From: Eutreptiella sp. 'Long Island Sound 2002' | Lineage: Eukaryota; Protista; Euglenida | Direction: 5' to 3' | DNA length: 64,000 nt | NCBI GenBank assembly: GCA_964036045.1 | Contig: OZ038378.1 | Span: forward strand, 166,904,001-166,968,000 | Shown here: positions 1 to 13,260 of the stretch, piece after piece | How the letters are laid out: each line of letters opens with the position of its first letter | Numbering within the stretch: the first letter of the stretch is position 1 | The notes under the pieces: generated by a model | Database searches by the model: none | Told to the model about the DNA's origin: nothing | The model's input: only the letters and a program-made list of their open reading frames with translations | Translations under genes and position numbers: made by a program

Positions 1-893
1 CAACCAACCATGGACCCTCCCCCCAGCACCCCCCACCCCACCCAGCACTCTCACCCCCACACCCCCTTGCACCCCCCCACGACCCCCGCAACCGGCTTGG
101 TGCCCCCTGCCCCCCCCTGCCCCGCCCAACCCCCCCTACCCTCGAATCCCCCGCCCCCCCTTGGGTAATCCGCCTTTCAAAGTGTCTCAACACATGCCTC
201 ACACCCTTAGCCAACCAACCACGTTTGCACACAACGCAGTGTACGTACAGCAACACAATGCAACAACAACACGTTACAGGACGGTCTTTTGTGTCCGCTT
301 GCTAGCGTATCAGAACCGCATGGGAATCCACAACAAAATGCACATGTCATAGGAAGGCTTTACGACGAAGCATAGCCTCCTCCCCAACCATGTGTCCCAC
401 ATGGCTTTCAAGAATGCACCAAAGGGGCCAAATCGGGATGCCTATGTGCAAGCTACCTTGCAAGTATTTGAGCAGACCGGGTGTTTGATGGTCACGAGAA
501 GGTGTATCGCCGGGTCCACCAACGTGGTGAGCAGATGCCTCAATGCCTAGTGTGTAGAATTGCAAGCGCAACGGGTGTCACGAGCGAATGCACACCTGGG
601 GGACGTGCACCACTTGCAAATCAGTTTTGTGTGCCACATCCTCTTTCTCACCGCACGCGTAACAAGCCTCCACGAACAGGAGAAGGTAAACTAGGGGCGG
701 TGTGCGATCACGGAAAGCACCGTTGTCATGCAAACGGCATACAACTCAAAGGACAACAAGTTGTGTGGCGCGGATCCCAACTGCCTCCATGTCCCGTAAA
801 ACAGTGAGCAATGGAGTTGAGGCCATTGTTGAGCGAAGAAGTGTCCACCCCTCTTGAAGCATTGTGCTATGAACCCCATGACACCGATTTCTC

Positions 894-1130
894 GTGGTCG
901 CTAGAAACGGAATATCGGTGATGCATACTGACACCACCTTCATACCCACCTTCCAAATTGGTTCGACCAACACAAAGGACAATGCACCATACTTTATTCC
1001 TATTGTTAACATGGTGCAGACCAACACGGCAGTGTTTTTGTGTGGCATTCTGGGTACAGAACACAAGCAAAATTTCATTGGCACCAAAAACATGGTGATT
1101 TGTTGTCCAGCATTTCGGATGTGGATTAGA
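894..1130 (+). mobile_element. Possible Mutator-like (MULE) transposase fragment
   Basis: VMHTDTTF...YFIPIVNM...AVFLCGILGTE loosely fits the MULE catalytic region. It is broken by a poly-C/poly-G insert near 1146. Weak resemblance only. Confidence 0.3.
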
Positions 1131-1263
1131 AGGAAACTTCTTGCACCCCCCCCCCCCCCCGGCACCCGGAGTGCAAGGGGAGTGGGGTGGGGGGGTTGCA
1201 GGGGGGACTGCTTGGGAGGAGTGGGGGGGGGGGGGTGCGGAAGCGGGGGGGCTAGGGGCTCAA

Positions 1264-1386
1264 GTTGGGGTGACGGATTCCCACATTTCGGTGTGGCCCC
1301 TCAAGTTGGGGTAAGGGACTCCTACACTTCGGTGTGGCCCCTCGGGTTGGGGTGATGGACTCCCACGCTTTGGTGTGGCCCCTTGA
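1264..1386. repeat. 41-bp tandem repeat x3
   Basis: The unit GTTGGGGTGACGGATTCCCACATTTCGGTGTGGCCCCTCAA starts at 1264, 1305 and 1346, with substitutions. Confidence 0.9.
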
Positions 1387-4300
1387 GCGACCTCTGAGAA
1401 TGCAAGGGTCCTGTCGCTATGCAATATAAACGACACGGCTTTCTTCACTTTTGTAGGCAAGTGGCCCAAGGGGCGGTCCCCCTTTGAAACATTGGTCAGC
1501 ATAGTGCCCAACCCAAACCGTGTGTGTGCCCAAACCCAGACCACACCAAAGACACTCTCGCCTTACAGTGATGGGAGTAGGCACCCAGGAAAGCACTCGC
1601 CGCAGAGCAACGGCAGTAGGCACCCGCCACAACGTGCCACAGCTTTTTGCTTCCAGTCAGTACCCGGAATGCCCAAAACGACGCCACAGCTTTTTTCTTC
1701 TCATCCGTATTTGGACCACTGCACCAAAGCCACAGCAGCTTTTGTTTGCCTCCAACGGCCATCTAGGGCAAAATACTGCACCTCCAGCAATCTGGGCCAG
1801 TGATCCAGTGATCAGGATAGGGATTGCTGTGGGTGCAGCATTCTGCATACTTGAAAAACATTCCTTTGTGCATACGTGCCTCAAAATGAGCAGCATGTCC
1901 GGTGGGGGATCTTGGGCCCCCTTCCTCAACCCCTTGGGGCCCATTTTTGGTTCACCGAATTTCATAATTTGTAGTTTGTTTTTTTTTTTTGCGGGGGGTG
2001 GGGGGGCTGGAGGTGGGGGAACCCACTTTTTGTGTATCCATCCCTGGTGTAAGGTTCTCAGGGATTTTTTCAGTAAAGGGTCACTCTGCAGGGATCCGCT
2101 GAGGTAGCCCAGTCCTTCCCACTCTCCACAGGTACACTGGAGAGGTCTTTCCATCTTCTACCCTCTTTGACCCATTCCAGACCTGTGCTCTGCCCATGCT
2201 ATCCCACAACATTTTCGGACCCCTTCCTATTTTCCTGCTTCTCAGTAGGGGCACAGAGCAAAAGTCCATGGCACTTGTTTCCATCAATCACCCAAGCCGC
2301 CTCTTTTCTAGCCCTAGATTAATCTCCTTGGTCTGCAGTCTATTTCAGTCTTTGAGGCATAGGCGCCCATCGCGCACAGAAGCAGGGCATTCAGATCTAA
2401 CAGACCTAAGCTGTGTTTTACACTCCACTGTCTTTTTTCAGCCTTCAGTCATTGTGCCTCATGCACACTGGGAAGCCTGAGGGTGTGGCAGTCTCCCACT
2501 GCATAACCTGGTTTCAGACACAGCTAATCCTCACTACGTGTCAGATCCGCTACCACAGTCATATGTGTGATCATCGTAGAACTGGACAGCTCTGAACCTT
2601 GATTCCAAGAGGTTGTCTTGATTACCACATGGTGAGCAGGGTACGCCAGCTCATTCTGGTCTGGACGCAAAAAAAAGGATCCAGCAGACCTAAGCATCAG
2701 TGATCAAGATGCAGGAGAAGAGATGATAGAAACAGTAACAGTAATAGATACAGTAACAGAGAAGTATATGGACATACAGTAATAGGATAAGTAATTGCCG
2801 CAGGGGCACAGATAGAGGGGAAGATGCATTTGGATCAGGATGCAGCTAGAGATGGAGCCTGAACCCAGGGGGCAGAGGAAGTCACAGATGGTGATGGTGA
2901 TTGAGGTCGAGGAGCGTTCCAGACATAGGCGACAGGATGGGATAGCAACAGACAAAGGTCATTTGCATGCTCTGGGTGGGGGGGGGGGGGGGGCATTGGC
3001 TCTTTGCATATTTGCATAGAGACGCCATGGTAGTCAAGCATGAGAGTGGTGGTGCAATTTTGCCAACATGGATCGCAGCTGTGACACCGGCATGGGATGA
3101 TGCAAAACATTCTCCTGCTTGCATTTCCGGTGCTGAATGCATTGAGCATGTGGAATGTAGTATTAGCATTTATGTCTTTTTTTTTGTGCATGGCGGTGAC
3201 CCCTGCTTGGGTTCAGTTCAGGTTCCATTCAGTTCTTTCGGTGTTTCCTGTGCTACAAAATGATTTACACTGAATATGGACTGTGGAATTTTTTGTCAGT
3301 ATTCTTGTGGCGTTCTATGGGGATCAGAGAAGTTTTCCTTAATTGATTATCCATGACTCACTACCCAATGGCTGAATGGTGTTTGGGGTAGCAGGGTGTT
3401 ACGGTCTTTGACGATACCACCCATGAATTCCCTTCTCAGATATTTTGACAGCCTGCTGTTTCAGTCACCTGTAATTTGAATCAGATTGACTCAACTGAGC
3501 CTCTGCAAGGTCCTCTTTTTTGGCTTTTCCTCAACATTGACCATGTGGAAGATATGTGCTGCAATTTGCGGCCGGTTTGATGTTATCAATTTCGCTTCTT
3601 TTGCTCCTGTCTCGGCGTACCCCCTCCCCACCTTGTCCAAGCACTGCATGGTCCAAGCACATGAGCCCATCTGACCGTCGTTTTTCTGGATTTCTCTGAC
3701 CACAGTTTTTATGGTCAGAAATGTGATGCTACAGGGTTGTGCTTCGATTGTAGAGGGAAAGGGGAGCTGGATCATGCGTCTGGTAGTTCCTCCTGCTCAT
3801 ACCAATGATTTTCCGGAACAACACGCAGCAAATGCAAAGCCCAACTCCGATTTTGATTCTGACCATAGCAGTGGCACGGTGTCTGACAGTGAGCTCCTCA
3901 CGTTGCATGACTCATCGTTTTGCTCAGATTCTGGGGAGGATGATGAAGTGCAGATTGTGTGGGCCAAAGCAGACTGTGGGATTTGGGGCCTTGGCCATGT
4001 CTTTGAGGGCCAGCTTTACTTCACCAAAGATGATGTTGATGATAGTTTTGTCCCAAGGAATAGGAAGCCAACCTGAAACCTGAAGCCAAGCCTGCCCCAA
4101 AGCCTGCCCCAAAGGGCAAGTATGTGCAATTGTTCAAGATGAGGCGCAAGGTTTCAGAGGGCTTCTTTTCCCCTGCTCCTGATGCCACTGATGGGCAGTG
4201 AGGAGCTCCAGAACATGCTGAAATTTGCCCGCCCATTGTTTTGTAGTGCCCTGTTGCAACAGTTGTGGTTAGGGTGAGGTACGGGCAGGTTTTCAGCGAC

Positions 4301-4544
4301 ATACCGGGGGGCGAATTATTTAGCACAGTACAAAATCGATATGGACAAATTTCGTACTCCTACCTCGTACCAAATATTTCCTTCAATTTTAAGGATGCGA
4401 TGTGTCAAACTGTGTGCACCAGGCATGGGCTGCAGGAGGGGTTTTCTGCGCGCTGCATGCAGTGTGAAGGCGCAACATAGATGAGACGTCCCTAGCACCC
4501 CGGGGATTGAGGGGATGCACAGTGCAAAAAAACATAGATGAGAC

Positions 4545-6419
4545 GTGATGTCAACTGACACTGCGTTCTCTGTAGGCCCTCAAGACCGCCAATGTTCACC
4601 ACAGAAGGAGAGTCATGGGCAGATGGACAGTGGTCCAGCGGGGGAACGAGGGCTGATGCCAATGCCGCAGGAGCCGGGTACGTTCATTTGTTTTTCCTGT
4701 ACCCACGCAGACATGGATCGTTTTCTTGTGCCCAAGGCTGTTGTTGAGGCTTCGGATCTACAAAAACGCTTGCAGCAAGCAGCGCAACAGTACCACGCAG
4801 CAAAGCACAAAGGGAAGACCAGAGGTTCGTACAACAAGAAACCATGGGCTCACTGTTCTGCTGAGAAGCGTGCTGCCTGTGCACAAGAATATGTCCGTAA
4901 CGGAATTTCTGGGGTTAGATTGCGGTATGGTACAACACATCCACCACCAAACACAATTGCCGGTTGGGCCAAGGCAGTGGCCAGTGACCGATGTCTTACC
5001 CCAGCACCCCGGGGATTGCGGGGATGCACAGAGCAAAAACTGACCGATGTCTCCGAAAAGCTGGCCGACCAAGTGCCTTAACTCCAGAAGAGTCAAACGC
5101 TCTGAAGGAGGCTTTTGATGCAATGCGGACAGAGGGTGCACCTATTGACCGGGAGTTGATTGTCCTATTGGCTGGGGAAACTGTCCAGGCCACACGACCT
5201 ACTCAAGAGGAACATGAACAACCACAATTCACCAAAGAGTGGGCTGCGAAAAGGGCAAAACACAACGAGTTGACCAAAAAGAAAGGAAGCACTGACAGAC
5301 CCCTAGACCCCTGTGTACGATTGAGGATTTGGTTGAAGACAACGCGTGGCGGCAGAAACTACTAGACATCATGGAACGCCCAGCAGCATACAGAATCCAT
5401 ATGCCTGACGGATATGCAAAACTGCTGCCAACCTCTGTGTATGCGTGTGACGAAACAGTGTTGCACTACAGTCCAGACATGCGAGGAACGTACGAGAACA
5501 AAGCTATAACAAGGGTGTATTTGATGAACCAAGGAGAGAAACGACAGGGGACCGCTACCCCAATTTTCGACATGAACGGCGACACTTTGTGCCTCCAAGT
5601 TATATTTCGTGGAGAGACAACGGCTTGCCACGCCAAGACAACAAAGATTGGACATTTGGTGCACCCAGCAATTCTGCAGAACCACGCGAAGGCCAAAACC
5701 CAGGATGCAGCCACATGGAAACGATTGATGCGCGACGTTCACGAAAAGTCAAACTGAAGGACTTTCAACTGCCTGAGATGTTTCCTATTTTAATGGTTGC
5801 AGACCGTGCACCGGCACATCTTACGGCTGCGGACGTTGAGGAAGTGCGGGGTGCAGAGTTTTGCGAAGACTTGGTCACGCTGACGGAAAGTGACGTCTAC
5901 GTATACAAAGGGCGGGCTAACCGCAGCTACGTAAGTAATGCTGGTGACCAATTAACAAATAAAAGTTGTCGCGACGCCGTTCGCTATGGTATGAAGAAAC
6001 GCATGCTCCATCACGCACTCGCCATTCGGGCAGGCCGTCTGCCACCAAGTTCACCGTCCGATATGAGCGAGGCTATCATTAAGCCACTTTTGCTCATCTG
6101 GTTGAGGCAGTGGCTGAACACTGCAGCTCTGAAGTCCTAGAACAAGTTGTCGTGGGACCGTGTTTTAAAAATGGCGCCAGTGGCTAACACAGTTGATGAC
6201 CTCCCCCCACCGCCCGCCGTAATTCCCCTACCCCCGCCACCTAGGGTGGTAAGTGTTGACCCCCCTGCAGCCCCAAAAAGAATACTTCAAGATGTTGTGG
6301 AATTGGTGCAGCAGCAAGCATGTGGGTGGAACCCCCCCCCTCGATGTCGCCAAAGAGAGCCCCGGCTAGTTGCATGGTCCAGAGCTCGGTCAACAACAAC
6401 AAAAAAACAAATGGCATAG
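4545..6419 (+). mobile_element. Degenerate pogo/Tc5-like (Tc1-mariner superfamily) DDE transposase
   Basis: A frameshifted ORF chain carries a CENP-B-type HTH (LTPEESNALKEAFDAMRTEGAPIDRELIV), the first catalytic Asp (VYACDET), QVIFRG and the second Asp motif (ILMVADRAPAH). TIRs were not identified. Confidence 0.75.
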
Positions 6420-6687
6420 GCAACATCAGCCAGCTCTACATTTGCCCCTGCCCTTGCCCCTACCCCTGTCCCTGAACCACAAGCAAGTTCCCCACATACC
6501 ACTCAGCCTGCACCAACGCAAGTGGGGCCTGCCTTGGATAGGTTTCTGCGTTCAATAATTAGGAACAGTATGCCCCCTTCCTCCTTGGGGATGGGTGTAC
6601 ACGCATGAGGGAGCTTTGCTCTCTCAATTTAGCAGCATTGGGTGCCTATGGGCTGCCCATTGCCGTGGCCCATTTTATTTTTGAGGG

Positions 6688-6880
6688 GTGCATGTGGGGG
6701 AGAAGCGCGCTGCTCCCCCAAGTGACAGCCTTGCTCCAAAAAGGCAGGCAACACTACCAACACATGCACGTGATTGTATGGCAAAGCAGCCTGTGGGTGA
6801 GAAGCTCACTGATCCCCCAAGTTCCAACCTTGCTCCGAAAAGGCAGGCAACACCCGCAACAAATGCAAATGATTTTATGC
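6688..6880 (+). repeat. 96-bp tandem duplication (32-aa repeat in ORF 6688-6912)
   Basis: VGEK...PPS..LAPKRQAT occurs twice in frame. Confidence 0.75.
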
Positions 6881-7124
6881 ACATGCGTAAGAATCGCTTG
6901 AGCAAAGCATGATGCATGGTGCTCTATTCCTCTATTGCTCTATTCCTCTGCACCTTGCTATGAGCATTCGTGCGTTGCAAAAAAATTCGGTACACCACTC
7001 ATTGGGAAATGCAATTTTCAAACGGTGTCTTTTGGTACAGTGCCTCAGCAACCCTCTGAGGTCTTTGCGGATTTGTTGTGTGCATTTGTCTTCTTGTGGG
7101 AAGCAGGGTCTGTGACTGATTTCA

Positions 7125-7490
7125 GGGTGACCTGGGCCAGAGATGGGACCGGGGTTCCAAAATGTCGTTCAACCAATTTACACCTTTTGGATATTCAGAA
7201 AGTGCGCAATTTCTCCTTGCAGATGAAAAAAAAAGCGCCACGCGCTGAAACGGTGGGACCAAGGTACCCCCCGGACACTGCCACCAACCTGTTTGGGACT
7301 CAAAGAAGGATTTGTCATTTCTCGGGGTGACCCAGGCCAGAAACGGGCGCGTGTTTTAAAAATGTCGTTGAACCTGTTAAAACTTCCTGGGTATTCAGAC
7401 AGTACACAGTGTTCCGTGCAAATGAAAAAAAAATCGCCGCAAACTGAACTGGTGGGACCAAGTCATCCCCCCCACCCCTCAGCGCCATTT
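7125..7490. repeat. Imperfect tandem duplication of about 200 bp
   Basis: GGGTGACC.GGCCAGA...AAAATGTCGTT.AACC...ATGAAAAAAAAA...GGTGGGACCAAG occurs twice, about 199 bp apart. Confidence 0.75.
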
Positions 7491-8884
7491 CCAAAAACCT
7501 GTGTTTGACTGTGGATGTGGGTCATAAAATACGCCATAGTGGGGTTTGCGCCCAAGATTCCCAATTTTTGGCTATTTATAGCCGAGCGCTGTGGCCGCTC
7601 GACCAGCCAACTTTCGTTCCATAGTCTCATTTTTCGTCGCATAAATCTAGTTGGATGACAATTTTTTCAGGTACCAAGGGTTGCCACATGTCTCTGACAG
7701 CACAACCGTACACTATGATGCAACAACAAGCGGAAGGGGGCTCCACGAGATGGGGAAGGGCAGTGTGCGGGCTGCGATCGCCTCTGAAAGGTATCTGTCG
7801 GACGTGGAAGTCAAATTGCACAATATGCACGTGCAGGATCAGGTATTTATAACAAAGAACGATGAGCATGTTGAGGAAATTTCAATGAAGCAATGATACA
7901 TGATATGTTGTGGAGGGTGTGGAAAAGTAGGATTAAATGAATCCTTCGTTTTTCGTGCTTGGTCTGGCTTTTCCTTTGCTGGTGCGAAGAACCATCAAAA
8001 GAAAAGCCTTATTCGGGTTTAGCCATTTTCGGGTCACACACAATTTTGGATGAAACACATATCGCTACACATTTCTACGCATCAATCCGCTAGCTAGCAT
8101 TTCACCTGAAATGATCATTTTTTGCTGAAACAGAAATCAACGCCAATCACCCCCCCGCCCCCGCGCCGAGGAACCACTTTGCGCAAGAACCGCCCCCTAT
8201 TTCTGCGCTCGATTTCTCGCACCACTTTTTTTTACCACGGTATTGAGTTTTTCATGGCTTTGGTGGATGCACGACAGCTATTCGTGTATGCAAGACAATA
8301 TTTCATGTGTGTTGCTACGGGTCCCCCCATCAAGTAAACCCTGTCAATCAGTCACAGGCGCACATACTTTTTAAAACACCTACTTCCCAGCTCCCGACTT
8401 TTTCTCCGAAGCAACCAGCCCCTGACAACAAAACAAACAAAAGTCAGCTAAACAAATCCGAATGAGTTGAATGTTAAATCCATGCACGTTGGAAGGCACA
8501 TTACAGCCTAGTCACCTCAGCTTCACTCCTTTGGTGTTCATTTGTCAATGTGGTTAGCTGTGGGAAAGGAGAGGGCACGCATGCCCTAGCGCAACGCGCC
8601 GGAGAAATTTTTTTCCGCAGTACGGGGCGGCCCACGGTCATGCGCAAAAACGTAATGCTACAGTCTTGCTGTGTAGGTTCTGGGTAGTATCGATGAACAC
8701 CTTTGTCATTTGTGTTCGGTCGAACACTTTTGACTGAATTCTTCTTACTAAGAAATTATGTCCTCTCTCCGCTACAGCCCCAATAGGGCAGCATGCTCTA
8801 TGTACGCATGAAGGAACATCAAGCAAACAGGAGGGGCTACTTTTGTCGGGATGGGAGTTGTTGTGCACAATGTTGTTGTACACA

Positions 8885-9005
<121 letters not shown>

Positions 9006-12000
9006 TCCTTTTTATGTCATCGCGACGTACCTGTTTTGGATCTTTGGCAACAGGACGACGACACACAAAATTTTTTGGATGTCCACCCTGCGGTACATAG
9101 CGGCAATGGGGCGCATCTATAAGGGTCCTTGGGGCCTCTGTTGATGCATACAGATTGGGAGCTCCTATCCCTCCACCATTTTCTCATTTCTTGGTCCATG
9201 CCGCTTTGTCTGATGCAAGTTGTACACACACATAGCGGCAAACACCATCACGGAGATACGGTCAACAGTTCTCTCGGTATTGTGCTTTTTCGCTTTTTGT
9301 CTACCGGCGCAAGCATTCCTCCACGACTTCGTGACCTCTTGCCATCTCCGTGCTCATCAATTGGGTTGTCATAGGTAGCATTTGAACCATCGACATTGCA
9401 CTTGGGGGTCCTGTATCGTGCGTTTGCACGCAGTACCACTCGCACGACCGGGCATAGTTGTGACGGATAATTCCGGTACAAGGGAACGCCCGCGGATTTT
9501 GGGGTATTGTAGGTAGAATACTGAACCTTGGAGCATACCATGCAACAAATTGCGCAGCCATCGCTCATCAATGCCGTCCTAGACGGTTGTGGCCATTTCG
9601 CAATGTTGCCGTAGGTTGCGTCATCGCGGACAGCAAATCGCAGCGGAAGCTGCTGAGTCCGTAACCAGGGTACGGATGCGATCAACACAGCCGACATACA
9701 GCAACAAGCGAGGCAGTGAAGGGCGATCTAAAACACTTGCCCTTCCCGAGTTCGCTGTAACCGTGAGGATGCTCGCAGGTGGCGCCCGATCCCCCCTTCT
9801 TCCCAGTTACCCGTTCTTTGAAGGGTAAACTCACCCGTCCGAGTACAACGGCATGTTGCTGTTGGCGTTCGGCGCCAAAGCCGACAGCCCCATGGTCTGT
9901 TGTTCGGCATTCACCGGTCATTCCTAGCAACTCCCGGTTCCGTGGTCGAATTTTGGGGTGAAAGCGTGCACAAGAACCCCCCTCTGGTTCCGCGGTCAAA
10001 CATTGCCGGTTCCCGGGCACGGAGGGGTGGGGAGGTTGGCCTACCCACCTAGCAATGGATTGTGAGACCCGATCCACCCCAATGAAATGACGACATAGTC
10101 AATATAAAAACAACTTAAAATATGTTCTGTCTATCTAAAGCCTTTGAACCGGTGGTATTTCTCGGCCACATTGTCGAGTCCGAATGTAGCAAAAAAAAAT
10201 TTGACCCAGGAAGAAGAACCTAGGCCCGTAATATGCGAATTGCTCTCTTTTGTTTGGCCCTTCGAAACGGGTCGAAGCGCAATGTAAAGCCAACGATTGC
10301 TTTTTTGGCCCCCCAATAGGCCAGATTTGGGAGGGCATGTGTCGACTTGGCACCTGCACACCCGGCCACCACCGATGAGCTGGGGGCTCAAACTTGAGAG
10401 TCGGCAAAAAAAGCAACTTGTGGGTGCAAGCCGCTAGATTTGCAAAACAAATTGGTGCAATAAGATAAGCATAAAGCAAAATTTTGCTAGCTTCTGTTCT
10501 ATGCAGGCAATGCTCATTTTGTATCACATGGGTATCCCGGTTATGGCGGAGACCTACAACCTGGTGCTTTTGCTGTTGATAGCTCGACTCTAAAAATTTA
10601 TCAAACAACAAGTTCAAGAAACACATTGTGATAAGCTCAATATTTAGTCACACCAGAGACATGCAACTTAGTTGAAAATATGTCAAAAGCTGTTCAATTG
10701 TAGTCCCACAACCAACTGTTTGAACTACATGTGAAATTCACATCTTGCAATTGAGATCTTAGGCGCATGCACTTAGTAAATTGCGAAATTCAAAATCTCA
10801 AAGGTTTCCGTGATTCCAACTGTACAGCAGGAACAATAATACAATGTGTATTTACATTCCTTACGAGAATGCTATTGTGTTAGCTGTCATGATTCTTTGT
10901 TTCCTAATTCTGCCTGCTTGTGCCTTTTAATTACAAACATTTGTACCCAGCAGTACCTAACCCATCAAATAGACTGCTGCAACCAAACGTTTGATGTACA
11001 TGTCTAACCAAGATCGCCACATTGAGATGATGAGCACATCCACTTCGTAAAGTACGTTATTCAACACATAAAAGGTTTCCGTAATGATGATTGTAGTCTA
11101 GAGACAACAATGTGATGGGCATTTACATTCAAACTATTCTCTTATCCGGTGTGAACGTTCAGGGCCTAGTTGAGTCTGCCCGATGGGTTTCCATTACAAC
11201 AGTTCACACTCACCACTACCGAATGGACCAATTGACGAGGATTTTCGAGTCACAAAAAATAACGAAAATGAGAAAAGTGGAGAAAAATGGACCAAAAAAA
11301 ATTAACTAGCTCACGGGATTCTGGGGTATCGAAAAGTGACCAAAGCACAAAAATTACGAAAAATCAGAAAAAACGACAGAGAATGCTGAAGAAATGGTGT
11401 TTCGTCAATAAAAAGGCATTGAAGAGCTTTGTGTATTCCGTGTGGTTGACAAGAATTACATCAATAAAAAGGCATTGAAGAGCTTTGTGTATTGCAAAAA
11501 TGCAAGATGATGAAATCTTGGATTACAAGCTGATTTTGGTCACAATGAGGTGATGTTCCTTTCTCAGATCAACACCAAGCCACAGTCATGAACCCGCAAC
11601 ATACGAAAATTTAGCCACAGAACCATACAGGAAATGTGGCAACAAGATATTTTGCTATGCCCGTAACCAGGCAACAGTGCGGTGTCACTGCCTTGGCTTA
11701 CCGAGACTGTTGCAACAATTACAGTTTGTTGAACTCCACTGCTGTTTGTTGTTTGTTGAACTGAACTCCACTGTTTTGGTTGAACTCTGAGGAATCAGGA
11801 GGCTTCCCGCTGTTCACTTTCGCGTGCACCCTACCCTGTCAGCCCTTGCGCGAACTTGCACCAACAGAACACGAAAGGTTTGTCTGCCTCACCAAGGATA
11901 TAATTAAAGGGACAGTAAAGGTTCAGTCGAAGTCAGGATACATCGGGCTCCGCCGCGAAAATTGCGGAGAATCTAGTGGGACTGTCTTGGTTTCTCCGGC

Positions 12001-12180
12001 ATGCACCAGAGATTCTGTCCCATCTGTTCAGCCGCAGTTAAGAAATATGGCAGTATACTTTTTATATTGGTCGGATACATAGAATCGGCCGTCGATCACC
12101 AGCGCAGAAGTCGGCTTTGGGCAGCACTAAACTGAACCCATTCGATGTCGAAATTTCTGCTCGCTCTCAGTCAGCCATAT

Positions 12181-13229
12181 CTAAAGGAAAGTGGCCATCT
12201 GCTTGACAACAGTGTCGTAGGCCTTGGCAGCGGCGGCCTGGTTCTTGCTGCGCATGGCGAAGTCCATCTTGTCGATGTTGTCGAACATGTCCTTCTTGGT
12301 GGCCAACAGCTTCTTGGCGGTGGATGGAGGGGAGGTGGCAGCCAAGGTGTTGATGTCGAAGCGGAGAGTGCCCAAGAAGCGGCGGAGCTCCTCACGGCCG
12401 TTCACCCAGTACTGCTTCTCAATAGCAGCGCCTGAAAAACAGGTAGTAACAGGGAGAAGTAGTGGACCCAAGGTTGTCTGTCTGTGGAAATACTGCCCAC
12501 TAACTGCCTCGAGTTTCAACAGGTAGCAACAGGGAGGTGTAGTGGATCTGAGGTGGTCTGTCCGTGGACTACTACTAACAACAACCTGGGGTAGGAAAGT
12601 CGCTGTGCGGACGAGGGTCTCGCACAACACGCGCGTTGTGTCAAGTTGGGAGCAGAGTGGGCTGTCTGGGCGTTAGTTGTGCAACTTCGTTGCACCACAA
12701 CCCTGGTGCTTCAGAGGGTGAAAGTCGTTGCTCCACAAACCGGGTTGCTTTGGTTGCTGCAACTACTGACAACACTCCTGGAGTCTCTGTAAGGGAGAAA
12801 CAAACTTAGAAAAGGGTACACACCGACTTTGTCGAGACGGGCAGCGGACTCGGCAATACGAGCCTTAGCGGTGGCGGAGTCACGAGCCTGGTCGAGACCG
12901 TCACGGGTGCCCTGTGGCAGGTCAAGGTCACGAGCCTCATAGATGATGTCGTAGCCACTCTTGACAGAGCGGAAGTCGAAGGTGTCGACAGCAGAGGCGG
13001 CAGCCATGGCAGGGTTAGCAGCCATGGCGGCGGCGGCGGTGGCGGCAACGGCAGTCGCAGCCTGGGTGGGGATGGCCCGCATAACGTTGTTCTGGACGGC
13101 GGCGTTAGGGGAGGTCAGGGCCAAGGCCCCAACGCAGCCCAGAACGAAGCAAGGGACGATGACGGCCACCTGCTTCAAAGTGGACATACCCTGAGGGGCC
13201 TGAGTCTGGTCCAAGTTGTAGTAAGACAT
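12181..13229 (-). CDS. psbQ: Photosystem II oxygen-evolving enhancer protein 3 (PsbQ), nucleus-encoded, 2 exons (13229-12824, 12431-12181), 218 aa with plastid/thylakoid presequence
   Basis: Exon 1 contains [25 protein letters not shown] and exon 2 contains [28 protein letters not shown]...[11 protein letters not shown]. Both match green-algal PsbQ motifs. A 392-nt GT...TTTTTCAG intron (12823-12432) joins them in frame (GTC G|GC GCT). Confidence 0.93.
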
Positions 13230-13241
13230 ATTGAGGAAAGA

Positions 13242-13260
13242 CGAAAAGAAAAACAGACCT
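13242..13260 (-). promoter_or_regulatory. Putative trans-splice acceptor AG followed by a spliced-leader-like motif in the psbQ 5' UTR
   Basis: The minus strand reads CCA-AG-GTCTGTTTTTCTTTTCG-tctttcctcaat-ATG. This resembles the 3' half of the euglenid SL as I recall it (...GAG-TGTCTATTTCTTTTCG). Confidence 0.45.
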
